Shown here in pieces: positions 10,467 through 24,400 of a stretch of 64,000 nucleotides of DNA. Position numbers and translations under genes: made by a program. Under the pieces are notes generated by a model, which was given only the letters and a program-made list of their open reading frames with translations, was not told the origin of the DNA and did no database searches. The first letter of the stretch is position 1. Each line of letters starts with the position of its first letter. This DNA comes from Ramazzottius varieornatus (taxonomy: Eukaryota > Animalia > Tardigrada): positions 4,435,777 through 4,499,776 of the forward strand of contig BDGG01000004.1 of the NCBI GenBank assembly GCA_001949185.1, written 5' to 3'.

Positions 10467-13400
10467 ACGTAATAGCTATGTGTAGACGGGGTGTGTTCCG
10501 GTGTTACGGTATGTTTCGGTTAGCGTAATAATCTTACCAGGTCTGTTGACATTCTCTGTATCTTTTCTCCTGGACCACATTCTGTACTTGATGAATCTCG
10601 TTTGCTTTTATATTCATTTCCGGCAGCTTTTGTCCGCTAAACTCTTTTCTTGTTTTGTTTTATCCATTCTCAGTTGTCACACTCAGTTTTAACTACTCGT
10701 ACAGTCGTATTTCGAAAGAGAGAGGTCCGTAAAGTTAATCATATTCGAATGTGAAAGCTGGCAAAGACCTTCGTACCGAAAAAAGAACTGTCGATTGTGT
10801 GCGAACCCTCTACCACTTTAGCACCGCCCAGTCAACCTGAGCGTTGAAAGCAGCAACGTGCTGTTTCACTTTGAAATTTTATTTACCAAGACTATCGTAG
10901 CCAAAGCGATTTTCATTTTCAAATTCCCAGTTTTCTCGATTGTCGCTCGAGTAAAACTCCAGGCTTGCGCGCTGCGCTCGTCCCCTTCTGAGCTCCGCGA
11001 CTGCGAGTTGTTTCTGCCTCCCTCGTCAACAGTTTTGAGTTACGGAATGTCCTGAGATCGAACAAGGAGGATGGTTCCGTTAATTGACCTCTTAACGCCG
11101 GAATGCTTGCTTCAGGTATTCCGTATTCGTATATTGTCGACCTGCTCGATTGTCTTCCAGTTTTGTTTCACTAAGCATCGATTGTCTTCTATGCTTGAAT
11201 CCACAGGTTGTCGAGACCTACTCCTACTTGAAAGATTTGTGCCAAAGGGTCTGGTTTGGAAACGAAGAAGGATGCATGACTGAGTGAAGAAGACGATTGT
11301 CTGGTGATCTATACACACTTGAAAACCTTATCCATGACTAAAAGCAAAGTGCTTACTTGTTCACAGATTCTTGAACAGACAACAAGTGTCCATCTGGCAA
11401 AGAGATAGATGACGAAGAAGGTTGAAGACGGGAAAGAAACGTGAACATGGTCATCGTCGACTCACCGAAGCCGAAGCGTCGACCGAAAGGGAAGGACGGG
11501 CAGCATCAAGAGGTAAGTTACTGTAGACCACGACCGATCCACTGAGTGGGTTAGTTCTCTGAGAAGTGACTGATCACCGATGTGACGAAAAACACGTGCG
11601 AATATTAGAGTATGCTGTATGGTAATCCAGGGATACAAATTAAGTTTCGTAAATATCCGGCGTTCTCGCCCATCTCTGTCATGTCTTGCTGTTAGGGAAC
11701 AATAGAGCGTTGTAACGCTCTTGATTATCTGCGTAAGTGTTAAGAGCGTCCTGCTGTGCGAAACTAATTTGAAGTTTGACGAAGCGTACTCAATCATCGC
11801 CCCAAAAGGTCCTTCCTGGTCACCTCCCTGGCCATCCCTCCACTTCTGTCGACTGTTCCCGGAGCGGTGCAAGCAAAGTAATGCTTCCGCTGCTGGACTT
11901 ATTCCTTCGGCTACCTCGATTCCGCTGCCTGCTTTCTCAAGCTTTCGGTGTGTGCGGTTCTTTCACCGAACGGTACCTTAACGATGTTTTTTATCTCGTG
12001 AAAGAGAAGGCTTGTAATAAGATGCAAGGAACTTTGCTTAGTGAGAGAGAATCGAGCGGAATGATGATCAGCTATGACGGGAGATTCTACTAATAGTTTA
12101 CCGGCTTAGGCACCGGTTGATGATGGGCAAACTAAAAGAGGTGTTAACCAGGTGGCAAAGGTGGCGTTCTTGTAGGAGCGAATGAATTTTACTAATGCCT
12201 TTTTGATGTATATTTGATACGAGGGCAGGGTGCTGCGGTTTCGGGTTGGCAATGTGAGACAGAAGTTTGGACTCATTATGGCTTTATAATTCCCTGATAT
12301 CTAACAAAGGAGTTTTGGAAAGGACGCCTCGATGAAACCATTGCGGCCCTGGTCATTAGCCGTTCGCAAAGAGAAACTCGATGGGAAGGAATTTCTGTCG
12401 GTACATGATGCCGTGTCTTCTCGATTCATCCTGGCCAGTTTATTTTCCAATCAAGGGTATGGCGGGTATCCGGTGTGTAAACGGTAGTTAGAATCCATGC
12501 AGTTAGATTGAAGGTTGACGAGGTGGTAGCGACCTTCTGTGCGGCACGACTGATCTGGTCCGGAAGAGAAGAAAAGAGAAGAACCTGTTCGCGGAGAATG
12601 TTGTGGGAATAGAAAATAAGTTGTCGATAGACGGGATATACTGTTTTGTGTAGAGACCTTGGTGGGACGGTGAGCAACTTGCGCAATAGCCACAGTCCCC
12701 CAAGTCGTATGATGAAGTGTCCCCTTTTGCTCGCCTCAAGTGTAAGGTTACGGAAGAACCGCTGCGGCGGCGGCCTGTGCGTGATATCGGGGCTGACCGA
12801 TTATTATTGTTCCCTGCCCAGGCGGGAAGAGCCAAGACAATGGTGCAATTACGGCATATGACGGAGGCTGATCCATTTATGTTCAATGGGCATGGATGGA
12901 GAATATTGTTGACTGAAATGGTGTGTTGGACAGAGTGGGAGGCTTGTTGGTTGGATAATTTATGCTAATCTTTCTCTGCTCGCCAGATTTTCCCAGTCTG
13001 ACACATCCACTACTAATTTCTGGCGCAGCATGACCGGCATAACTAATATCGGGCATTGGTTATGCCGGCGAAAGTGCGGCAATCGACACTTCGACAGCTT
13101 AGGCCAAATGAAGGCACACATATGATAATTCCACTAGCTCAAAGTTTGCTTGTGCCACTTTTCGGGAAGGGCGGTATGAACGGTCGTTTCCGCTGGTCGC
13201 TAAAGCGCGGTCACATAGTGATAACACTGTTTGCTTCCGTAATCAGCCAACTTATAGAACTTGGAGATGAGGATTAAATATTCTCCTCTTTGGAATCTGC
13301 TGAGGTGGAACAACGCCTCGTTGAGTCTAGGGGAATCTAAGGGAATCTTCCATCTTTGTATTCTAAATTTGCACTTGAAATTGTGGTCAGTGCTTATCAG

Positions 13401-13787
13401 TGAATTTTCACAATTGCAGCACACATGGCGGATTGCAGTTAGGAATGCCGTCGGGAAGATGGATTGAAGAGCTTTCGGGATGTTTGTACCTTTGATATAC
13501 AGTATATCTTATCTGTTTGTGAATTCGAAAGTTAAATTGAGTCCTTCAAGAGTAGCCATGCCCGAATGTGGCCCGAGGATGTAACGCACTGTAGGGGAAC
13601 AAGCACTTGAAGATGCTAAGCGGTACACAGTATACTCCGCTCAACGAAAAACACTTGACGTTAGGGACAAATTCCTCCATTAAATTCATCGAGCATTCGC
13701 AAAGATTTCCTTCTTGATATCTTGTCAAGATTGTTTACTGTGCGGCATCTTCAGAATCTGGTTGCACAATTTGGCCGCATGATTTCT

Positions 13788-13909
13788 GCCGACTTCTTAG
13801 CAAATTCGGCACGATTGTTTTCCCAAGTGGCGCATACTTCGAGTCTTAATGGCTGAAAACGTGCGCCGCTTAGATGTGTGATCTTGTCGAGTTTTTTACC
13901 GAGCTCGCA
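13788..13909. repeat. Palindrome copy 6 (upstream of Eph)
   Basis: Core 13824-13872, 25-nt spacer. Confidence 0.85.
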
Positions 13910-16259
13910 ATTTTTACATATTTTCAATAATTCAAAATTTCTGAATTCTAAAGTTTTGATACTTTTCGTTCTTTGGACGTTTAGTTTTCTGACAAGATAC
14001 ATATGCATGAACTGGAAAATTATGCTGAAAGTGCAAGCCATTCTTTAGAAAAATTTAACGTTGTTGACAGAGAGCTTCTGTATGTATCGAGTTGATTGGC
14101 GACAAGTGGGCTTTTGATGCTTATTTGAGTAATTTACTGGGAGAGGCCCCTCGGGAAGTGTTTTGTTCCCCCGAGAGGAAGCGACCTACTTTTTTGTAAA
14201 CGAATTTATGCTTACTTAGTAGCAGGAAACCGAAACGCAAAGTATGATAGCTAGCTTTGGTATATTTATACCTGCAAACTGATGAGGTAACTTGGCCAAT
14301 TGCCTGATGGTTATCTCTCAATTTTCCATAGGGTCGCTCTGTCCCGCCAAAGTACATCAATCACCCAGTGTTTGAAGGAATGTTTGTCGGCCAATTGTAT
14401 CAAGAATATCTTACCGGGTCATTTTTCTCCACACTATCGAAAAATCTGTTTTTTTCTTGCTTTTCTCTCTGCCACGAGGAAGAGCTTCTCGCGAACGTGC
14501 AAAGTACTGCACCACGCTAAAGAAATAAACGTCTGTCAGCATTGGTTCGATGCGCTATTGTTTGCGCTGACTTACCTTGCGACAATATGGACAAGAATGT
14601 CTTTTTCGACGTAATTAATTGGAAGGAAATGCCAAATTTTATTGTTTACCAAAACTACCGAGAGCTGACTTATGGTTTGTCGTGCTGAGCTGTCTGTTCG
14701 AGCTCTCGGCTACTTCGGTGATTGATTTCTCGAGAAATCCAAGAGACACCTGCCGGTTTTTGCTGTGTGCCACTGTTGACAGTTAACTTTGCCGGGGGTT
14801 TCGCTATGAAATCGAGGATACCGCCGGCCTTAGAAGCTGGAAACGAATCACCGGTTTGCCGAGACCTTGTGAAGATCAAACGTTACACAAAGCAGTGTTG
14901 ACGCTGGGCGGTTTTGTGGAGCCTGCTTTGTTAATAAACATACATCACATCAAAAACTGGCCCGGACAATGTCATGTGTTTTTGTTGGAAGCATTGCGGC
15001 AAAACGCGTGGGAGTCTGAGCGTAGCTCTTTTCCTGCCGGTCAACATTTCCGTCAGCCAAATTTGACTTCCTGTCGTGCACTATTTAGTTACAGGCGTAT
15101 TGAGCTCGACGGTGCTCTTTGAAGAAGGCTGATTGATAAGCGATTATACGCTGCATAGCTGGTTGGTGTTGGCGGCGAAAAAGAGCTCGTTTATAAACAC
15201 TCGATGAAGCATGAGAAATAAACATGGGGGCATTTTATTGTGCGCGCAAGATTAAGGCGCGCGATCCGTACGAGCAGCCAAGCACTCGAAGAACCTGCTC
15301 TGTAGTACCCCGAGTCGCGGGACGGCGACCTGTCCTTTGTTCGGAGCGCAAGGCTGCAGCACTTGACGAGTGCAGGGACCATCAACATGACGCTTTGTGT
15401 AGCACCTGACGAACCTTCCCACTTCAACAAGTACACACGTAGCCATCGTTGAGATGGCTCAAGAGTCAAGACTCAAGTGCAACGTGGCTACTATGGACGT
15501 GACTCTCTTTCAAGGTTAGTGGTAGACTGACTAGGCCCGTCACTTCCTCCTGTCCCGCGAATTACTGATGGACTGCTAGACTTTTTCTTCCGCATTTTCT
15601 TGTGAAATTCAGACTTGACGCTTCACTAACCTTGCTAGCGTGATCGCAACCATTATACAGCTTTACAGGTATAGAATGCAAATAGCCTCGTTAGCTGTGT
15701 GGATAGTGACTGTAAGTCTCACAGGACAAAAATGGACGAGTTCGACTACTAATTCGCAGCGGCGAAACTTGGCTTTCTGAAAAAGATTTTTGAATTTTGA
15801 TCTTTATTAAGCTTCGTAGTTAAATGCTTATATCGATCGATGAGAAGACTGCAGACAATTTTTATGCTGTCTATACGGACAGCTATACTGATGGAAGCCT
15901 GCTGAGCTGAGAAGAATGTCCACTCAAATTACGATTAGGCAAAACAGAGCTTTGTGCCTTGAAGAGAACCCAAAAGACAATGGGCGAATTCCAGTGAACG
16001 GTGTCAGATGCAGCGAATATCCTTTGCGTGCTTTCCCGAAGATCGGCTGAAGATTAATAGATTATCAGCAGGTCGGCCTGTGGAGCGTACATCCTTCGCC
16101 ATTGTTTCTTCCCACTGTGCTCAGCCAGGCAGGTTAACAAGACACTCTTGTTTTTCTTGACAAGGGATCCCCATTCGGGCCATCTTGCCTAGCCATTGGC
16201 ATAATGGGTGTGATGCGCCCGGCTGGTGATCTCTCCCAAATGAACTTCTCGTTGCTCGA

Positions 16260-16586
16260 TCAACGAGCCACATCTAGTGTCGAAGCGTAGTAGAAAGGGA
16301 GTGCTGCCTGCTCGGAACAAAGGCCATCGCGTGAAAACAAAATAATGTCCCGGCCATCAAGGAGGAACATAATTTGGGCGTTCGGTCGGAGAGTATTGTC
16401 CGTGGTTGTTGGTCCGTGAATATGGGCGCTCGATAGCGGGATGACTCTTCTAACCTTCCAACCACCTGCCCTATGCTTTTCCACATAGGCCGACTCAAAT
16501 TTTGCCCAGTCTATTGATTCGGTAATGGGAAAGCGCTCTATTCGGAATACTTCGATCGAGCGGTCACCTTCGTCCTTCCGCCACAT
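16260..16586 (-). CDS. Possible orphan exon or gene fragment
   Basis: 108-codon ORF just after a CAG acceptor-like site, with globular-looking composition. No recognisable family. Confidence 0.2.
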   Translation of the reverse strand: MWRKDEGDRSIEVFRIERFPITESIDWAKFESAYVEKHRAGGWKVRRVIPLSSAHIHGPTTTDNTLRPNAQIMFLLDGRDIILFSRDGLCSEQAALPFYYASTLDVAR

Positions 16587-18453
16587 ATTCCTGTATCGCT
16601 ATTCTCAGTGCGTTATGGAGTTGGCTGTGCTCCTGTTTCAGCAAAATTTCGATCGGTGGTGGGGAAATTTGCACGGCGATATTTTGGTGGGAATTGATGT
16701 TTTGCTTTCTCATAAAAGTGGATCGAATAGGGGACTTGTGTGTGGCGATGACAGACCTGTAGATTTTCGCAGGGAAATTTTGTTGTTTGGATGTTTTGAT
16801 GGTACTTCGTTCTGGACTGTGATTTTTGATAAGGATGGAGAATGGGATATGATGAGGTGGCGGTGGTGACAGTAGACTGGCACTTGTGCCTGACGCTTGC
16901 CTGCTGCTTTCCCATGAAAGTACAGGTAAAGGAAGGTTGCAGTAGCTCGTGTTTACGACTACTCGTGGCTCTCCTGTAATTACCCTGTAATTATGGCGCA
17001 TGGCACATAGCCACAGATACCTGTAATATCGTCGTGTACCACCTTCAGAACACGCCGACAAGAAATCACCCCAAATAGAGCAGTACATATGGGCAGAAAC
17101 TCGACAGGCAACTATGGGTCAATTCACACGACGCTATAATATTATCCCGGCATGCAAGCATGATATCACATCCAAAGGCCTTTACCGGCCAGTTCCACAT
17201 CAATGCCTGTCATGAACACCGAAAAAACTGCGTAGCCTCCAAGCTTGCCGTGGAGCGGAAAATGATGTCATGGATCTCCTCAACAACACAATACACCCCC
17301 TATCAGGTTTCCATTGGAGTATAATCCAAATAGTTCTAACGGCTTTTCCACTTTGGCTTTTCTATTGACTATATGCGTGACGTGATATGTGGTCGCTGTG
17401 TATATTGACATAATGGATGGGTGTAAATGGGAAAGGTGGAAGACATCTTGCATAATGACCCATTGTTTTTGCCTTGAATGATATTTGAGCCTGTAGACTG
17501 CAACAATGAGAAGAGCTCGTTAAGAGTCTTCCCATATTAATCATGCTGTCAGACCGAATTCCAGGCACATTAAGGCTTGACCGGTGTCAGTAATGGGGCT
17601 GGATTTTTTGTCACAGGCTACATGACACTGGTGTCTTAATACAAATTAATCATCCTGACTTCCGCTGGATGACGGCTAGATAGACTAATGCGTTTTATGG
17701 TCATGATCATGTCAAAAAGAGGTTCGAACGCTCTACTGATAATTACTGAATCAAAACAATGTTCTTTGCTCTAATTATATCAAACGAAGTGTTGAACCAC
17801 TGGCGCCACTTGGCGGACCGGTACTATTCAAGTAGTTGTGGTCCTTCTTACAAGTGGTGCCTACCCTTTCGAACTGGCGCATAACCTCACAGAACTGGCA
17901 TCCTTTTCTATAGAGCAAAACAGATGCAGTGAATGGTATCATAAACCAGTTGATACGGAAGAGCTACAAACCAGTGGATGCGGGTAGTACTGGTTAAGCA
18001 TTGTATAGAGATGTGAGTGGTGTAGGCGTGGCGTTGAGTGTGATGGTGGTCGATTCTTGTTGCTGCTTGAATCCGTTACATTGCGAATAAGCGAGTTGAT
18101 GCGAGCAAAGCCAGTATTTGTGTGTGCATGTCTCGGACGGAAGGATAGTCGGCTGGTCAGTCGGTGTACGCACACTCTTCGCCATTCTCTACTCGTTTGC
18201 TCAAACTTTGTTGCAGTCAGGCTTTTAGGCTTTGATAATCTCCTCGACGTCAATGATACAGTTGGCCCATGCAAAAGAAATGTGCCGTTGATATTCGGAC
18301 GCCGGTTTTTCGTTGATATCTACTGAATATTGAGTACTGTATATGGAGCGATATTTAGCGCACCAAAGCTAGCGTTCCGTAACGTGTATTGCGTTGAGTC
18401 GCAATATTGGATTAATAAAGTCGGGGCTGTTATTAGCTCATAAAGCTGCCTTC

Positions 18454-21400
18454 ATGTCTTTCTCCTGGAATTATTTCTTGGCTTATCTGTCTTTTTACTG
18501 CTTCGTCAACGGCGTCGCAGCCAAAGCGCCCATAATACCCGTGCTGGGCCGACAAGGTGAGTTTTATGCTTTTAGCATTGTTAAATTATTATCTCTGCAC
18601 AATAGTTTTTATTACCGGCTTGTATAATACTTTGGTGGCGGGCACTGATAGAGCCGTAATGTTGCAACTTGTGTGGCTCGTTTTAATGTGCCGAGTGTGT
18701 GGAGGAGGAGGAGGAGCAGGAAAAATGGTCAGCGGTCTCAAATTGACAGCTGACACCTTTACTTACTCTTAATATTCATTTCACCATATTGCATACATTG
18801 ACAGAAAACAACGCACTTTATTGTGCTGTTATCACAATCTACTGTATTCAATTGAATATTCCATATTATACGGAAAATCAGGCTGGTAATTTTTCCTGCT
18901 GGTCATATGTCCGGGACGTTGGCAAAAAAAATCACCAGATCGTCTTCCCAAGTGGCGCACGCTATCAGCGAATAATAATGAAAACATGCGCCACTTCACA
19001 TGACGATCTGGGTGAAATTATTTGCCGACATCCCCAAATACTGGCTTTTCCGAATAGCGCTCTTCAAAACTAAGAGCCAGCTTCCGGCGGGGAAAGTGAG
19101 GGACCATCACGCGCCATGGCGGCATGTTTTCGTATGTTGTTTTCAAGTGTAAGAAATTGCGCTGCACTGTAAGAATCGATAGTGTTCCTTCGTCACTTTT
19201 TATTATTAAATTTGGAGATTGTGTCGGGTTTGCTTGCGGTACCGTGATTGTTGCCGATATTTGAATGGGCAACAGCTGCAGCTATAAGCGCCAATTGCGC
19301 GCTTCCTCCATAATTGCATTTTGACTGGCGCAGACTCGTCAGCTTGCCTCGTCAACTTGATGAATTTTCTCCCCGGCTGCCTTCAACTCGATAATAATAA
19401 ATAGTGTAATAAGCCGCTACACTTTTGACACGCTCTGTAAAATTATGGTGATAGTGAGGACCATGACAGGGAAATGCGGTTATGCTAGTGTGTGCTTAGT
19501 ATTCATATTTGTGCACATATGGATCAGTAAGTAATACGGTGAGCCGAGGAATATTGAAGTTTTGCATGAGGAAGTGGATAAGGCGATTGCGGTGTGTTTG
19601 AGAAATGCTGTAACATTATATTGTATGGTTGGAAATGCTTGCAAGACCAGAATGATATTGTATGAGGAAATGTGTGGACAGAAGGCCGTCCAAATGAGGT
19701 CTCTCGGCACCACTTTGCCGAGGTATTGAAGTAAGGAAGCGGCATTGGAATAGGTGGGTAGAAGAAAGAGGTATGATGATATTTGTAACCTGCGGTGTGT
19801 TTGAACAAGACACCGAACGGACAATGATAATCGGACAAGTCGGATTAGGCTGGTGTTTGAAACTACGACTACAGGCAATCTTCGTGTCTTCGCACTGGCA
19901 TTTTGCCACTAATGTTGTCAGACAAGAGCTTCTGTAATCCCCAGATCCCCTTGTACGCTCTTACACTGTATCCCCTCCACACCATCTGACCGCTACTTGA
20001 CGCCGACTTCGCTTACCCAAGACAACTGGTCTTGGCTTACTCACCAAGACACTGAACAAACAGAAACTGTCTCCGATGGAAGCCAGAAGGAAGAACCTCT
20101 AGCAAAGCGTGCTCACTCAAATTACTCAAAGAGCTTCACGTCACTGCAGCGACTTCGACCCGTTACTTCCGGATCCCGCAGAATCCTCCAGGATTTTTAT
20201 GCGTCCTAAGTCTATAGCTCAAACTGTGCGCCAGACTTTCCTTTGTTTCCCTGTGTAGTCAATTTGACCATCAGGATTTAATGGTTGGCATAATCCCCTT
20301 GTCAGCGGCGCACGTTTCCAGTGTTGCTAGCTGTAAGTTTGCGTCACGTAAAAACATGATCTGGTACATTTTATTTGCGGAGCTTGCATATAGTGTTTTG
20401 AGGAGGTACGAGGTGAGATCGCCGCTTTTGAAAGATGTAAGAAGGTCGAGGGACAAACTGTCGATCTGTTATCGAGTGGCTTATGTGCCCTTGATGGCGA
20501 CCTGATGCGAGTATGAAGTTAAGCGTCATCCCCAACGGACAAGAGCCAACTTCCGGCATGATGTCAGGAAGCTAGGCCAGATTTTTTTATTGCTTCCATG
20601 TCGCTCCTTCCATTGCGTTGGCGCGCCATTATGTCTAATGCATCCAATGTTGTCTCAATTTCCATTGTAAGGGCCGATGGAGTAAACCAACCGGAAGAAC
20701 GGCACCAGAAGGATGGGGATGGAAAAGTTTTCTTCTTTTTCTCTGAAGGCACCAGTCAACATTGTGTATGCGTGAGGAAGCATGACGGTACAATACACGG
20801 GGGCACATCACTCATACATCATAATACATAGCGGGTATATGTGAAACAGATCCGCCTTGGTCTTAATTTATTGCGAGAGATGAAACGACCAAGTGTTGCC
20901 GACAGTTTAAAAAATGACTTGAAAATTGAACATGGGATGTCCCTTTTTCGGCTCTTTTAGCGCCATTAATTTATGGAAAAAGGCGGCAAATGTCAGGCCT
21001 AAATCGAAACATTAGGCGTAATGGCGTCCCATCCTTCATCGGGCTTGTTATGTCGTCAAGCTCGGCAGAAGTCGAGGTTGGCCCGGTACCATGAGAATGC
21101 TGCTAAAGATGCGAGGTAATCTTTCAGGTTGTTAAATGGCCTTACGGAAATAGCGAACGAGAATGCGAGCCATGGGTGCCGGTGGCCTTTTTTGATCTGT
21201 TCTGCCATTCGAATTTTTCTTTTGATGTCTGATCGAATGCAGCGATGATATGTTATGGTCAGTTTTGTTCTCAGGCGATCGAATAAACTGGCCGACAGTC
21301 CGACAAGCGTCTGTTTGATCGAAGGAGACTCGCTTCCCAATGATACGCGTCGTTACCAATGTACCACAAATATATATCTGGTCGAAAGGCCATCGTGATA

Positions 21401-24400
21401 AATTGTCGTAACCATATGCATTTACGTTGATTAAGGTCCTCCTTGACGAGTACATAGATGGGCAATCTGTATGTCAGGATTTCCACCCAGATTGCGAAAG
21501 TCGAGCAAAGTTTAGAATAAAGGGAAGAATACGCCTGTTGGCCGGTCCAAAGATGGCTGGCAGATGTTTAGGCAGCTTCAAGTGCCTTGAAATGATGCTA
21601 TAACTCTTTAGAAAGTTAGACGAATAGAGGCTCCTTTCCTTGTGTGGCCTCCTGTGAGGAAGAAGGATGGCTATTGCAATTGCCTCAACGATCCGATGGA
21701 CCTCAATTGCTTCTTAAAGCAGACGTCTTTGTCCGCCCTCTGCACTCCCCATAGTCAACTTTTTCCCGTCTTTTCGTTTTGACCAAACATTTCTGGGGTA
21801 AGTACGGTTGTGGAAGAGGCTCAGGCTAAGCAGCTGCGGTCGACGGATCGAGCAAGAGATTTTCTATGCCGATATGCTCAAGGATTTAGCTTCAATTGAG
21901 GGAAAGCTGCGTTTGATAGGAATGTGTAGATTATGAAGTCTGCTTTCTCCGAGATGGGCCTTTTTTAATATTGTCGGGTCACGGGGAGCGGGCTTATAAG
22001 GGGACTGGATCGGCGTAAGCGGGACAAGTTTCCATAAGGGAATATAGCAGGTCAAGTTTTATTGCCATTGCCATCAAAGTCATTTCAATCGGGCCCAGCT
22101 GCAGCTCTTGATTTCTCAGGGAGATTGTCTGAAAGAATAGTGGCGTCGAAGACAGGGAACATGATGTCAGTCGGGAAGGAAGGGAAAAGATTGATTGCTT
22201 TTTTACGATGGGTAGAGATATCATTGTGATAGGGAAGAGGGCATCTTTTAGGGAGTGACGTGTTTATTGTCTCTGGTCTTGGGCACTTTGCGGATTTGTG
22301 TGTATGCATGCTCAAGACATGGAGCCAACAGATAATTAATGCAGCGCTTATAATCACCATTTACAGGGCTAGAAACAAATGCATAATTATCGCTGAGATT
22401 TTTATGACTGTCTGCGGGATGTTTCTTTGTCCGCCTCCCCTTTGAAGGCCATTGCCGGTCGCCGTCCAACAGGCTAGCCTTCTCATCAAGGAAAACCACC
22501 CCTCTATTCCCCATAGCTCCTTCAGTCCTTGTCCGAAGGATATCCGTGTGAATGCAAGGGACCCGGCTTAACTTCGAGCTTTCAATCGCTTGTTCGTTCC
22601 TTCAGATGGAGGATCGAGAACCGGTCGCAAATTAGGTTGGCGGAAGTTCGTCAGAATGGACGAGTTTGCAGAAGGGTACAACGTTACGATACTTGGTAGT
22701 AAGGTGTCTTATTTTCCACTGTTGTCACGGTGTGATACTGGCTGGAGTACTTGACACAGATTTGCGTGCGGCGAGTGGCGACCTTCTACGGTACATAATT
22801 GACTGTCCAGCCGTGACGCACTCTTGTTGGTCAGTTATTAACTTAAAACGCCTGTCAGTGTTCGATCACTTTGTAAGCGTCGACTCTACTCTATACGGTC
22901 AACATTCTCGTTAATATCCGTCAGCAGCCTCACACGTTAAATTCTCTTCGGTACTAGTCTTTTTGTTTCTTGCTTCGCAAGAATGCAGGCTGTAATTGCA
23001 ATGTTTGGAGAATACTGGTTGAAAACAAAGTGGCATATTTTTCATTAACTTCCTTGTGAAAAAAAAATATTTGAATGCCGGTCTGTAAATTACGACACAT
23101 AAAACTTCCGAGATTACGGTTCTTATACTGTATAAAAAATGAATAAATGTGACAGTTTCTTTCATTATGTATGGCGTTCTTGGCGCAAATTTACGACGGG
23201 GGATTTCCTGCAATGGGTAATCGTGACAGCTTTTCTTGAAGGGGAGATATAACAGCCAATTTTTGGTGGGAGAAATGCCGTTGGTTTTCGACGATTGCAT
23301 GCGCATCTCGTAAAAACAAGTGACGAGCAGTCAATTTCATCTGTCAACAGAGAATCGATTCGTGGGTCCAAAAACTAATCGGAAGCTAGTATTGAAGCAA
23401 TCGCTGGCACTGCTCGGCGTGTGAGTGTTGATGCTGTTAAAAGAAAGACTTGACATGCTAATTAAAGCTATCTGCTATATGATAGCTGTGTATGGGCGAT
23501 GTGAAAATTGCGGCCTTTTGCAACATGGTCAAATGCATGGCCGGCGTCCACGCTTGGTAAACGATGAATTACGGTTCGAGCAAGCTCGCTGGTCTTGAGA
23601 AAGGCCTTTTACACTTCTCGCGCACCCAACGCTGTCTTTAACTTGCCTATGAAACTGACTCTGTTTTCCGTGTCAAGCAAGCCTTGCTTTTCCTTGTTTG
23701 TAGGCATTAGTCGCCATCTGCTCGCGCCTGTGGTCCGTTGGCAGCGAACCGTCACCGCAAATCATAATACATAACAGTCTTTAGAATCTACAAACTCGAA
23801 AACCCTGTGTTACATGAAAATTGACGTTCTTGTGTCTTTTGCATGGTAAATTACCATAGTGCAAAGTGACGCGGTTCGCACAAGAGAACGGCAAGTGACT
23901 TGAAACATGATCGTTTTCCCAAGTGGCGCACTCCTTCAACGAATTACATGAGAAGGTGCGCCACTTGAGAGATCGATCGTATTTAGTTCATTTGCCGACG
24001 TCCCCTATGTCAGAGCAATATTTTACGCCTCATGGTAGCATTAGTATTCGAAGGTTTCGGTTGTTTTAGATACGAGCGTTAAAGTCGGCGCATGTTTAGG
24101 ACAATATTTAATGAAGATTGCGGTTGCGACACAGCTGTCCGCTTTCACATACTATCTTCACCAATATTTCGTTAATATTGACGGTGCGCGGTCAGATGTT
24201 GCCGGCTGTATAGCTCTCTATCAAGTGTCTACAAAGGCCGAGGACCGCCGTCTTACCGTATTGTATTCATGGCTTATCAGGGTCAAACAGTGTATAGATT
24301 AGATGGGTTTAATGGGGCCTTTTTGCATGAGAAAAAAGAGACGATCGTAGCGTCTACCGTCAACGGAAAATGACACCTGAAAAAAAGCATTTTACGAGTC

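Noticed and set aside
17800-17885. Cluster of GCGCCACTTG / CAAGTGGTGC half-sites
   Set aside because: Orientation and spacing do not fit the family geometry. Possibly a degenerate relic; not counted. The same applies to traces near 9930-9975, 35511 and 55343-55398.
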